Positions 11,230-23,274 of a DNA stretch of 64,000 bases are shown here, one piece after another. Made by a program: the position numbers and the translations under genes. The notes under the pieces are model-generated. The model was given only the letters and a program-made list of their open reading frames with translations. It did not search any database and was not told where the DNA came from. Numbering within the stretch: the stretch's first letter is position 1; each line of letters begins with the position of its first letter. The stretch comes from Octopus bimaculoides (taxonomy: Eukaryota): positions 28,638,454 to 28,702,453 of the forward strand of contig NC_068995.1 in NCBI RefSeq assembly GCF_001194135.2, read 5' to 3'.

Positions 11230-14200
11230 AGGTCAACCTCATAATTTAACAGAATCTGTTGTTTCTAAACCTGGGGTCAATCTGGTAAAACCAATGTTAT
11301 TATTGGATTTAGCGCTCCCAAATTACCATATATTCATTCCAAAAAAGATCAGTTATGTTGGCCAGTGGCATTATTACTGAAAAACTGAATTGTTTCTCAA
11401 ACAGCCATTCCAAATTGATCCTAGCTGATGATATTTGCTGGCATTTAAATTCATCGATATCTTTATCCCTAGGGTTTTCATTGTTATGTTTTATTAGATG
11501 AAAGTTTCAATTAATCCAAAAGCACAATTAAATTTCTATATGTAACTGCAAAGAAAAAAACTCATCTAATTAGAAAAAAAACGAAAAGTAAACGGATGGT
11601 TAAAAATTGTTCTCAAGTCACTGTATTTATAGGGTGCTGGGGTATTTCAGGTCATATTTAGCAATTTAATGAACTAACTGTAATCTAACAAAGACAAAAC
11701 AAAATAAAAATATATATATTTCAATAAAAATCTATGCACATCTCGATAAGCTTTCTTGTAAGATAGAACAATAATGACAAAAATAGCCAATAAATAAATA
11801 AATAAACATGAATAAAAGTAACAGTCAGATAACTGTAAAACAACGCCCGCAAGGAAAAAAGTAGTCAGCAGCCAACATTACAAGGAGAAAATAAAGAAAG
11901 GGTTCGATGACAGATTTTTAGCATACAACCATAGAATGGTACAGCCTGGCAGACGATGCAAGAGTCACTCAGTTCGAAAGAGTGTTATCATAGACGAAGG
12001 CAGAATAACAGTCTAGCACTGTGACACGCACACATATATAAATACATTTATGTGAGTAGACGTACGAAGCATTGAAGGAAGAAAATGCGAACTTAAGACC
12101 AATTCAGATATGCTTGAGAGATATTTGAACCTGTAAAGACATTTTACAGTGGTTTATCATGGAGAAAAATTATCCCTTGAAAAAAGGGTGTTAAAACACC
12201 ATAGTCAACTCAGAGCACTCTCAATTAAACTGATGAATGCATTTCAAACTTGTTTCTTTTCCGTAACAGATAGTATGAAAAGCGACTCTGAGCAGATTAG
12301 GAAGCAAATATTCTTTCATTATATATCAGTAACCATTATTTACTTATTGCGCATGTTAACTGCCAGACCAGAATAAATACGTGGGTAGATGTGCGAAGCA
12401 GTGAAGGACAGAGTACAAACATACCCCGTTCAAGTAGACACAGGCCCAAATACAGAGATACCCTTATATGGGGCTGCCTCCTAATTTCCTCGGACACACG
12501 TACACAATCTAAACCCTGCAATAAACCGCGCAGTTACTGTTAGCTAATATAATTTCCGACCCTTTTTTGGTGCAAAGTATGCAAGGAATTCTCCTTCACG
12601 GGTAGGGCCAGATACTCACCCCCACCGACCACTTCAAGCTTTAGATAACCTCACTCTCGGCTAGATTAAGAACATATTTCACTTCACCAGAGACCCTAAG
12701 CCAGCTTCAGGCTGGATAAAAAAAATGTTTTACAGGGTTCACAGTGGCCTCTCTATAAAACTTGGTACTGTTATGAGTCTTAACTACACAATGTTGATTT
12801 CTACTCGGTGTCCGGCTAAGGGGCACTCAGCAGGAGCTCTGAAGTTACAATACGGGGGTGGGATCGTAGCAACGGCCACAAGTTTGCGGCTTTATCACAA
12901 AATACGGTATCGTCTATAGCCGCTCTGCAACACTTCACAGTTGTATCATTATTCCTATATTTCTTGGGATATAACTTATGGTTGGCATCAGCAGTAAACC
13001 TAATCCGATCGCTATATTCCACTCTACCGAGAGCTTCGTTATTATGTATGTGTGTAAAATATATTCATTGAATCGAACTCGGGGGAAGAAATTCCAAAAT
13101 CTTCTATGACGACGAATAACTTATTAATTTACTTACAAACTTCTGCGTTCGATTTTCAGAATCGATTTTGCCATTGATCCCGTTGGAGATGTATACAGGA
13201 TACAACTGCTTTCTCAAGGCAACATTGCTTTTATTCATGATCCTAAAATATTTTCATTCTTTATACAAACGTATCCTTGTTTACTGCAGCCAGAAATAGT
13301 CATTTAATAAGATATGTCAAAGCCAGTTCACTTTACTCATAAATCTGGAAAAGGTATGACAAACACAACTTTACACTTCTCTCCTCCATGTAACTGTAGC
13401 CATGCGCCTCTAAGTACACAACAATTATTTCATAGACTGAATCTTTTATTATTAAAGAGTCATAGTGCAAGATGCAGTGTTCATGACGTATTAAGGCCCC
13501 TACTGTCTTTGAAAAAATCATGTAAAAAAAAGAAGAAAATGATCTTACTCAGGCTTTCTGCCAAATTAATCAACTATCTGTTTATATATTTACTAGTTTC
13601 ATTGATTTAATTGTGTTCTTTAGTTATTTAGTTTTCAATTTTCTGTTGGTTGAGGCCAAAATGTAGAGTTCAACTACTTGACCTCATTAGTAGGCTCTAG
13701 TAATTAGTCGACAAGTTATGGTTAATTATTGCCTTTAATGTTAGTTTTGTGTTTGAAATTTTGTTTAGTTTTGTTATGTCTAATTATGTCCTAAATAAAA
13801 GCTGGCGCGCGAGTTAGCAGAAACGACAGTGCACTAGATTTAGTAAATGCTATTGTAGTACTTAGTTAGTTCCGTCTTCCGTCTTTACTCACACGTGCAC
13901 GTGTTTATAATATATATATATATGAACTAACATTTGTTTTTATAGGCGTCGAAATATGTATTGAACGATAAAAATTAGATTATATTCTTTCGAACGCAGA
14001 GTTGCCGTTAGAACGGCAGAAATACTGGGTAAATTACCCTTACAAAGCGAAAAAAATTGTCAAAAACAGCCATGGGACTCGAACCCATATCCGGTTACGA
14101 TTCATTTTGTCTTTCACCCTTCAAGGATCCATGAAATAAGTAGTAGTAGCATATCGGGTTGATACAATCGACTAAATCTCTTTCGTTTTAAGAATTAGCT

Positions 14201-14419
14201 TATTAACTTATAATGATAAACCTATGCTTTCATCCCTTTGAACATTGTCAGTTAGGCACCAGTAACGTACAAATTTAGGTGACTGTATTATTTCACTTAG
14301 TCTTCCGCTTAATCGTCATTACTGTAAAATGGTAGCATGCGTTGAGTGGGCAAACGCTTAGCTTCAGGCCATAGCTATGTTAAATATACATACAAGGTAT
14401 TAAATATGTTAATTATCTT

Positions 14420-14643
14420 TTTCTTTTATGTTTTACTTGTTTCAGTCATGTGACTACAGCCATGCTGGAGTACCATCTTGAAGAATTTTTAGTCGAACGA
14501 ATCGACCCTAGTACTTACTTTTTTAAAAGTCTAGTACTTATTCTATCTTTGACTTATTACCAAACGGGAATGTAAACATCCCAACACCGGTTGTCAAGCG
14601 GTGATGGGGGACAAATACAGGCACAAAGACACACACACACACA

Positions 14644-14675
<32 letters not shown>
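14420..14675 (-). mobile_element. SINE family B, 3' half (runs into gap)
   Basis: Homologous to 8949-9217. Confidence 0.82.
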
Positions 14676-15288
14676 NNNNNNNNNNNNNNNNNNNNNNNNN
14701 NNNNNNNNNNNNNNNNNNNNNNNNNNNNNNNNNNNNNNNNNNNNNNNNNNNNNNNNNNNNNNNNNNNNNNNNNNNNNNNNNNNNNNNNNNNNNNNNNNNN
14801 NNNNNNNNNNNNNNNNNNNNNNNNNNNNNNNNNNNNNNNNNNNNNNNNNNNNNNNNNNNNNNNNNNNNNNNNNNNNNNNNNNNNNNNNNNNNNNNNNNNN
14901 NNNNNNNNNNNNNNNNNNNNNNNNNNNNNNNNNNNNNNNNNNNNNNNNNNNNNNNNNNNNNNNNNNNNNNNNNNNNNNNNNNNNNNNNNNNNNNNNNNNN
15001 NNNNNNNNNNNNNNNNNNNNNNNNNNNNNNNNNNNNNNNNNNNNNNNNNNNNNNNNNNNNNNNNNNNNNNNNNNNNNNNNNNNNNNNNNNNNNNNNNNNN
15101 NNNNNNNNNNNNNNNNNNNNNNNNNNNNNNNNNNNNNNNNNNNNNNNNNNNNNNNNNNNNNNNNNNNNNNNNNNNNNNNNNNNNNNNNNNNNNNNNNNNN
15201 NNNNNNNNNNNNNNNNNNNNNNNNNNNNNNNNNNNNNNNNNNGTGCCGACTACATAAACAAACGATTCTGAAACAATTCTATCGGTGA

Positions 15289-15318
15289 TAGGGTTAGAGT
15301 TAGGGTTAGGGTTAGGGT
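15289..15318 (+). repeat. Short interstitial (TTAGGG)n-like run
   Basis: TAGGGTTAGAGTTAGGGTTAGGGTTAGGGT. Confidence 0.8.
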
Positions 15319-15851
15319 AAAACAGCAAATTTAAAAAGAAAAAAGCAAAACGAAGCTATGGAAATTAAATACGCTTTACACCGCTTAATCAGCCAAAGGA
15401 GTAAATATAAACAACTGAATACTTGTCAGTGATTGGTTGAAATTATCGAAATAAGACAATTTTTTACATGAAATAAATTCGAATACAAAAATATTTTTCT
15501 GTTCTATAACACAAAATAGATAAGTATACGAAGTTTGAAAGTCTTTCGGTACCAAAAACACTACGTAAAACATTAATGAAAAATGTGGCCCCCGTTTTAA
15601 AAAAGATCCAAGTCGTCTACATCACTTGATCAATCCCGAATTAAATTGTAGAATTTTAAAAAAGTACATACATACATACATACACACAGTGATACATACA
15701 TGCGCACTCTATGAAAGAGAACTTAGCTATCAGAATATCAAGCGAAGGATATAAGGATCTGTATAGGTTAAATATACCGATCAATGCGTACATACTGTAA
15801 ACCCAAGTTTATTCATCATTGAACTGGTTGCTGCATTATTCGGAGAATTGC

Positions 15852-16559
15852 GTTGGCACTCCGTCGCTTACGACGACGAGGGTTCCAGTTGATCCGATCA
15901 ACGGAACAGCCTGCTCGTGAAATTAACGTGCAAGTGGCTGAGCACTCCACAGACACGTGTATCCTTAACGTAGTTCTCGGGGATATTCAGCGTGACAAGG
16001 CTGGCCCTTTGAATTACAGGCACAACAGAAACAGGAAGAAAGAGTGAGAGAAAGTTGGGGTGAAAGAGTACAGCAGGGTTCACCACCATCCCCTGCCGGA
16101 GCCTCGTTGAGCTTTAGGTGTTTTCGCTCAATAAACACTCACAACGTCCGGTCTGGGAATCGAAACCGCGAGTCCTNNNNNNNNNNNNNNNNNNNATTGC
16201 GTTGGCACTCCGTCGCTTACGACGACGAGGGTTCCAGTTGATCCGATCAACGGAACAGCCTGCTCGTGAAATTAACGTGCAAGTGGCTGAGCACTCCACA
16301 GACACGTGTATCCTTAACGTAGTTCTCGGGGATATTCAGCGTGACAAGGCTGGCCCTTTGAATTACAGGCACAACAGAAACAGGAAGAAAGAGTGAGAGA
16401 AAGTTGGGGTGAAAGAGTACAGCAGGGTTCACCACCATCCCCTGCCGGAGCCTCGTTGAGCTTTAGGTGTTTTCGCTCAATAAACACTCACAACGTCCGG
16501 TCTGGGAATCGAAACCGCGAGTCCTATGACCGCGAGTCCGGTGCCCATTGCGGCTCCAC
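15852..16559 (-). mobile_element. tRNA-derived SINE family C; appears twice around a short N gap (probable assembly duplication)
   Basis: Homologous to 22174-22622; 15847-16176 and 16196-16525 are identical by eye. Confidence 0.85.
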
Positions 16560-17490
16560 ATTCGGAGAATATAATAGCATATATAAAACAATGAATTAAC
16601 TATATTTATAGTCACATATTGATGATCCGTTTGATTGTGATTGTTCTTTACACTATCTCTCTAACCTAATTATCTGAATAACTTAATAGTGTAAAATGAT
16701 TTTTTATTTCAATACGTGTCCAAAAGTACGCCTTAAAATAGTAATGCTGTATTATTCTTGGGTTCTTTCAACTAAATCATCTGTGTTAGAAGCATACAGG
16801 TCAGTTTCTGTTCTAAGGTTAATTTGTTTCTTTCTTCAAATCCGTCTTGGGGGTCCTTGAAAGTGGCATAATCTACATCCGATGATTAATTGATTCAAAG
16901 AAAATATGAAAAGCACAAAACTTATTCAACTCTTTGATGCCTATTGTATTCTACTACTACTGATTATATAAACTCACGTGTATTAAAAAGAAGTAAAAAA
17001 AAAACAGGGTTATTTTAATGTATCACACTTTGTTTTCTTTGTGCAGTATATAAAGTGGGTCAAAGTAAAATAATTTAGATTTGTTTCCGTACACTCACAG
17101 ACGCACATAGACGTATATGCACACATAACAGAGTATCTACGTACACAATCATATACACATATTCAGTAATACGAGTTTTCTTCGTCATACGGCCAAGGTG
17201 TTTTGCAAATGAAAAAAAGCATCCAAGTCTAACGATAGTATAGTAGATTTTATTTAAATAGTTACTAACAACGTCCCACCTGTTTCATTGAGAGAAAAGC
17301 ACAGCCGTATTCAAATCCATCAGAGGGTATAAATATCTATCGAAATACGCACACACGCATGTAAGTATGATGAATGTATTTATCCAGTCTCCTGTTTACC
17401 AACTGTCGCCCATTTCAGTTTCCTCATTTAGAATTTTGCCTATGTGTATAATAGATATATGGTTAGGTGCCTCGCCGTACAATTTCTCGA

Positions 17491-17524
<34 letters not shown>

Positions 17525-17769
17525 CGTCGGTAAAACATAAATCCCCAAAAGAAGCAAACTAAGTTATAGAGAAGTTTATTATATAGACAAAGTTAGATAA
17601 GGCCAGTTTATACGATTATCCTGGGTTCCACGTCCATAAAGCGCTTAGCTTTACAGCGTATCGTCAGATCCCAAACAGATCCTGAGACGCTGTAAAGCGG
17701 CCTTATCTTACTTTGTCTCTATATATATACATATATTATAATATATATATATATATATATATAAATTAC

Positions 17770-17821
<52 letters not shown>

Positions 17822-18233
17822 TACAGTGTTCCATGTTGTGTATGTATTTTCTATTCTAACCTTGAGTTGATAAATGCATTTGAATGCAAAGCAGAAGTGT
17901 GTGCGTATATAGTTCTGTCTCTCTGTATGCATATATGTATGTTAGTAGATGTGTGTGCGCGTGTGTGCGTGCACATACAAATATGGACCAGTGTTGCGAA
18001 CTGTGTCTTTTTGCACCAAGAAGCAGCATGGCTTCAATGGTGGTGAGGTGCCTCGCTGAAGTAGGTGTTGGGAGTTGAAATAATAAAAAAAAATTGAAGT
18101 CTATAACCCTCCTTGGTTTTAGTGAATGACTAATTAGTCAGAGTACAAACAAACAAATAATACAAAGGGCCATCACATTAAGCTTATGACCAAAAGAGGT
18201 AGTGAACGTAAAGGACTGGACTCATGAGCTTTT

Positions 18234-18598
18234 TGTTAACTATGTATTTTACCCGGTTTTTATATCATCACTGCAGCCCCCACCTCCACAGTGTCTGTAG
18301 TAAATAGTACGCATTAATTGACGAAAGGGTAACGAGGTTGTAGGTAAATGTGAATGTAGTGTATTTCAAAGAGTAGAAGAAACAAGCTTAACATTTTGTT
18401 TTCGATGGCTGGGTGGATAAAACAGACGGAACGGAAAGGTAAAGTAAGGCTTACACTAAGGTTGTATCGAGACACAGCTGGCCATATTTGTCAAAATATC
18501 GATCGGACGAATGGTGCATTGTATCATATATAAGCTCAACTTCCCCTCTATGACAGCGATAAACTAGTATTAAATATCTAGCAGTTATAGATTTAACA

Positions 18599-18673
<75 letters not shown>

Positions 18674-18813
18674 GACGTACTTTGTGAGACTCCAAAACAC
18701 CCTCTCAACAGCTCCTACCGACCTCCGTCTCAACCAATACGTTACTCTTTATAAGAGTTCGGCTAGTCCATTTTTACAGTCCTCCAGGAGTGTCAATGAC
18801 TCTCGCTATAACA
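18234..18813 (-). repeat. Putative 3' LTR (~580 bp) of the Gypsy element
   Basis: Bounded by TGTTA...TAACA; immediately preceded on the minus strand by polypurine AAAGGGAGAGA; contains (CA)n at 18601-18670. No second LTR visible to confirm. Confidence 0.65.
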
Positions 18814-20290
18814 TCTCTCCCTTTGAGATTGACTTCCGTTGGAAGTTGATATTATTTTTATTTAATTATTTTTCTTTCATCACATCTCCCTTTTTGAAAT
18901 TTTCCTCCTAGGGAAGTTTAATATTTCTTCCGTTTAGGCACTGCTTCCAACCATTTTGTTTGTTTCTTCTTTCTTGTGCTGCTACGCTTAGGTTCGATTT
19001 CTTGTGGCGTCGGAACATCAAAGGTGTCATAGAACACTTCCATTGGTATCTCTTTTCTTTTTTTCCGTATATCTATTTTCTAGCTGGTTTATATGTCTTT
19101 TGTGTTTCCAATATTCGCCTCTTATGTTATTTTGCCTATTCTTTTTTCTTACTACTCCGTCTTCCCAACCTTGTATTTCATTTTTATATATTTCGAAAAG
19201 CACCTTGTCACCGATATTAAAATGCGTTGTCGTATTTCTAGTGTTTTCCCTATTTGTTCTTACTGGTAGCAGCTTGTCGAATATTGACTTTATTTTTCGA
19301 GCAAACATTAGTTCTGCAGGCGACTTGCCTGAAAAAGTGTTTGGCTTTGGTGTTATCCTATAAACTCTCAAAAATTGTCAATGCTGCGTCACCAACTAGC
19401 TTGTTTCTTGATTTCTTTAATGTTCTTTTAAATGTATCCCCGAACCTTTCCGCTTGCCCGTTTGATCTTGGGTGATACGGAGGAGTAGTGAGGAGTAAGC
19501 GACTTCATTTTAGAAATTCTTGGGTGTCCAGTATAGAATTCGACCTTGTAGTGAGGTAGGCATTATGACCCTCTGTGCATACATAAGCACATTATCACAT
19601 CGAATACAAATTCAAAACTGTATTACATCCAGCCACACGTATTTTTTAAAATGTGTTTCTTCTGATCTCACCATTGTTTTCATTTATATGATAAACTCGT
19701 CCGTCACTGCTTTAATTTTTATTCCCCCCAATGTCACAGACAATTCACACACAACATTGCACAATATGTTTTTTATTTTTCATTTTCGGCTTTTAACGTC
19801 GCTATCACTGTGTCTTCTAGTGGTTCACCGTATTTTGGTATTGACCTTGAAAAACCATCTGCATGTCCCAATATTTTCGATTTTGAAGTCGTAATTCAGT
19901 AGGAGCGTTTCCCAGCGCTGCTGCAGACGGAAACTTCTTCCATGTATAAATTTATGGAATTTTTTTGCCGCAAATATGATGGCTAATGCCTCTTTTTCTA
20001 TTTGACTGTGAATTTTCTCAGCTGGCAATAATGAACGCGAAGCATGAGCTACTGCTTTGAGGCTACCATCTTCATATTTGTGTAAAATCACAGCTCCAAT
20101 ACCACTTTCACTAGCATCTGCTGCCACTACTATTTTAAAATTCGGGTCAAAATGTGATAACGACAATTCCGACATTAAGACGTTTTTAATTTCTTCAAAA
20201 GCTTTTTGCCATTTGTCCGACCAGTTCCACTTAACGTCTTCTTTTAACAAGTCGCTCAGGAGTGCTCTTAAATCGTGAATATTCGATATG
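18234..20290 (-). mobile_element. Ty3/Gypsy LTR retrotransposon 3' fragment (RNase H, partial integrase, PPT, 3' LTR)
   Basis: ADASESGIGAVI...SQIEKEALAIIFAAKKFHKFIHGR (RNase H), TPPYHPRSNGQAERF and GKSPAELMF (integrase), stops and frameshifts. Confidence 0.9.
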
Positions 20291-20499
20291 TATACNNNNN
20301 NNNNNNNNNNNNNNNNNNNNNNNNNNNNNNNNNNNNNNNNNNNNNNNNNNNNNNNNNNNNNNNNNNNNNNNNNNNNNNNNNNNNNNNNNNNNNNNNNNNN
20401 NNNNNNNNNNNNNNNNNNNNNNNNNNNNNNNNNNNNNNNNNNNNNNNNNNNNNNNNNNNNNNNNNNNNNNNNNNNNNNNNNNNNNNNNNNNNNNNNNNN

Positions 20500-20548
<49 letters not shown>

Positions 20549-20569
20549 TAGAATATACAGGTAAAGGAT

Positions 20570-21460
20570 TGTGTAGGATTCTTTTATGCACACTCTACAT
20601 CTACCCATAATCGTATTGTATGGGTGGGGGCTTATCTATAATATACTAAGATAGTGTGTAATTAATGTTTTGTAATTTTAAATCGTGTATGTATCTAGCT
20701 AGTGCCGTTGAGTTTTTTTTATTTTAGCTTATGGAAAGAATTTAAATGGGCTCTCTTAAAATCTATATATACTCTTTCTATATATAACTTGATGTTTGTC
20801 ATTTGCCACGCTGCTTTTATAAATTACGTTTTTACGTAAACAAAATCCAGCGGGTGGACATAATTCGGGGACCTTGAAATTACATTTTTTGGCATTCCTA
20901 TCTGTAATTTTACTCAGGTTTATTAAGGTTGAGGCAGGTTGGCCGACGTTTAGTTGGAACAGATTGCGTTTAGATTTAGATAGAATTATTTTTTCTGGTT
21001 TTCAGTAGTTTGGAGTTTGAGTTTATTTCTATTTATGAATACAATAATAGGCGTGGTAGAGTAAGATAATTTTATTGAGTGTTTGTTAAATATAGGGTAA
21101 TATTTGTGATGCTTAGGAAAATTTAGTTTCAAAATCTTAAAGAACAGCCTTGGTTAATTTTTTACTCTGACAGAAAGTGGGTGGGTGGGCGAATCAAATA
21201 ACATCTCTTTTACTAGATTTAGAGTGTGTTACTACATTAGGATGTTGAGATGTAGAGGGATTATATTTGTTACGATTACTAAAAGGTACATTATCAATTT
21301 AGTATGGTTAGCAAAAGTTTTTTTATACGTTTATAATTTAAGGAAGAAATCGTTTTAGTAAGTTCAGGATTAATGTCAGATGAAAGATTAGCTAATTTGG
21401 TTTTGAGTCTGATGTCAGGGATGTAGAAATTATGATCATGAAAGCCGCTTAATTTTAGGG
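20570..21460 (-). mobile_element. Penelope-like element 3' fragment (RT thumb + GIY-YIG-type endonuclease), decayed
   Basis: Manual minus-strand translation: NKHSIKLSYSTT, CPPAGFCLRKNVIYKSSV, TALARYIHDLK, GRCRVCIKESYTILY; same motif order as 39900-40860. Confidence 0.65.
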
Positions 21461-22173
21461 CTTGATTATAAAATGGGGCATGTGCATTATATATATATAT
21501 ATATATATATATATNNNNNNNNNNNNNNNNNNNNNNNNNNNNNNNNNNNNNNNNNNNNNNNNNNNNNNNNNNNNNNNNNNNNNNNNNNNNNNNNNNNNNN
21601 NNNNNNNNNNNNNNNNNNNNNNNNNNNNNNNNNNNNNNNNNNNNNNNNNNNNNNNNNNNNNNNNNNNNNNNNNNNNNNNNNNNNNNNNNNNNNNNNNNNN
21701 NNNNNNNNNNNNNNNNNNNNNNNNNNNNNNNNNNNNNNNNNNNNNNNNNNNNNNNNNNNNNNNNNNNNNNNNNNNNNNNNNNNNNNNNNNNNNNNNNNNN
21801 NNNNNNNNNNNNNNNNNNNNNNNNNNNNNNNNNNNNNNNNNNNNNNNNNNNNNNNNNNNNNNNNNNNNNNNNNNNNNNNNNNNNNNNNNNNNNNNNNNNN
21901 NNNNNNNNNNNNNNNNNNNNNNNNNNNNNNNNNNNNNNNNNNNNNNNNNNNNNNNNNNNNNNNNNNNNNNNNNNNNNNNNNNNNNNNNNNNNNNNNNNNN
22001 NNNNNNNNNNNNNNNNNNNNNNNNNNNAAAAAAAAAACTTGCCTATTCGAAGGACTTTCCTGAGGCTTTCTTCATAGTTGAACAGATTTAGAAGAAACTG
22101 ACTATTACGTTCGTTATGTCCAGATATGAATGTGTTTCTTGTGTGTTTTTCAATTTAACTTTGTTACAGTTAT

Positions 22174-22622
22174 TGTTGTTGTTGGCACTCCGTCGCTTAC
22201 GACGTCGAGAGTTCCAGTTGATCGGATCAACGGAACAGCCTGCTCGTGAAATTAACGTACAAGTGGCTGAGTACTCCACAGACACGTGTACCCTTAACGT
22301 AGTTCTCGGGGATATTCAGCGTGACACNNNNNNNNNNGAGTACTCCACAGACACGTGTACCCTTAACGTAGTTCTCGGGGATATTCAGCGTGACACAGTG
22401 TGACAAGGCTGACCCTTTGAATTACAGGCACAACAGAAACAGGAAGTAAGAGTGAGAGAAAGTTGTGGTACAGCAGGGTTCGCCACCATCCCCTATCGCA
22501 ACCTTGTGGAGCATTAGGTGTTTTCGCTCAATAAACACTCACAACGCCCGGTCTGGGAATCGAAACCGCGATCCTATGACCGCGAGTCCACTGCCCTAAC
22601 CACTGGGCCATTGCGCCTCCAC
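22174..22622 (-). mobile_element. SINE family C, complete, with 12-bp TSD
   Basis: A box TGGCCCAGTGG, B box GGTTTCGATTCC, (CAA)n tail; TSD TGTTACAGTTAT at 22162-22173 and 22623-22634. Confidence 0.92.
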
Positions 22623-22831
22623 TGTTACAGTTATACCCGTTTCGAAATTATCTTTACTTGTTTGTTCTAGTCAAATCAATTTCTGTTATGATAAATAGTC
22701 TGACCAAATAAAAGTTATACGACTACCTCTTTATAAAGCTATTGCTTTCAAAATACAAAAATAATCCAGCATCTCTCATAGTATGGTAAAACAGTAGAGT
22801 GAATGGTAAAACAGTATGGTAAAACAGTAGA

Positions 22832-23152
22832 GTGGTGGCTTAGTGGTTAGAGTATTCGGCTCACGATCGCAAGGTTGTGAGTTCAATTCCCAGTAAAGCG
22901 TTGTGTCCTTGAGTAAGACACTTTATTACACGTTGCTCCAGTCCACTTAACTGGCAAAAATGAGTAATACCTGTATTTCAAATGGCTAGCCTTGTCATAC
23001 TCTGTGTCACGCTGAATCTCCTTGAGAACTACGTTAAGGGTACACGTGTCTGTGGAGTGCTCAGCCACATGCACGTTAATTTCATGAGCAGGCTGTTCTG
23101 TTGGTCGGATCAACTGGAACCCGCGTCGTCGTAACCGACGGAGTGCCAGCAG
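22832..23152 (+). mobile_element. SINE with CORE-like middle and family-C 3' module, complete, 11-bp TSD
   Basis: A box TGGCTTAGTGG, B box GAGTTCAATTCC, TGTGTCCTTGAGTAAGACACTT; TSD AAAACAGTAGA at 22821-22831 and 23153-23163. Confidence 0.9.
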
Positions 23153-23189
23153 AAAACAGTAGATTAATGAATGTTTTTTTTTATAAGTA

Positions 23190-23270
23190 TTCTTTTATTC
23201 TTTTACTTGTTTCAGTCATTTGACTGCGGCCATGCTAGAGCACCGCTTTTAGTCGAACAAATCGATCCCA
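23190..23270 (-). mobile_element. SINE family B 3' tail fragment
   Basis: Matches 8949-9030. Confidence 0.75.
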
Positions 23271-23274
23271 CCAG

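Noticed and set aside
12816-13022. Possible L1/Tx1 zinc-finger remnant (KCCRAAIDDTVFCDKAANLW)
   Set aside because: Cys/His spacing is incomplete and no RT is visible nearby; needs an HMM search.
15847-16525. Perfect 330-bp tandem duplication of SINE C
   Set aside because: The copies look identical and flank a short placeholder N run; typical scaffolding artefact.
22268-22397. 60-bp tandem repeat inside SINE C
   Set aside because: Identical copies either side of a 10-N gap; assembly artefact.
22545-22622. tRNA genes at SINE heads (also 7330, 10423, 14068, 22832)
   Set aside because: A and B boxes are present but there is no complete cloverleaf, and each continues into a SINE body.
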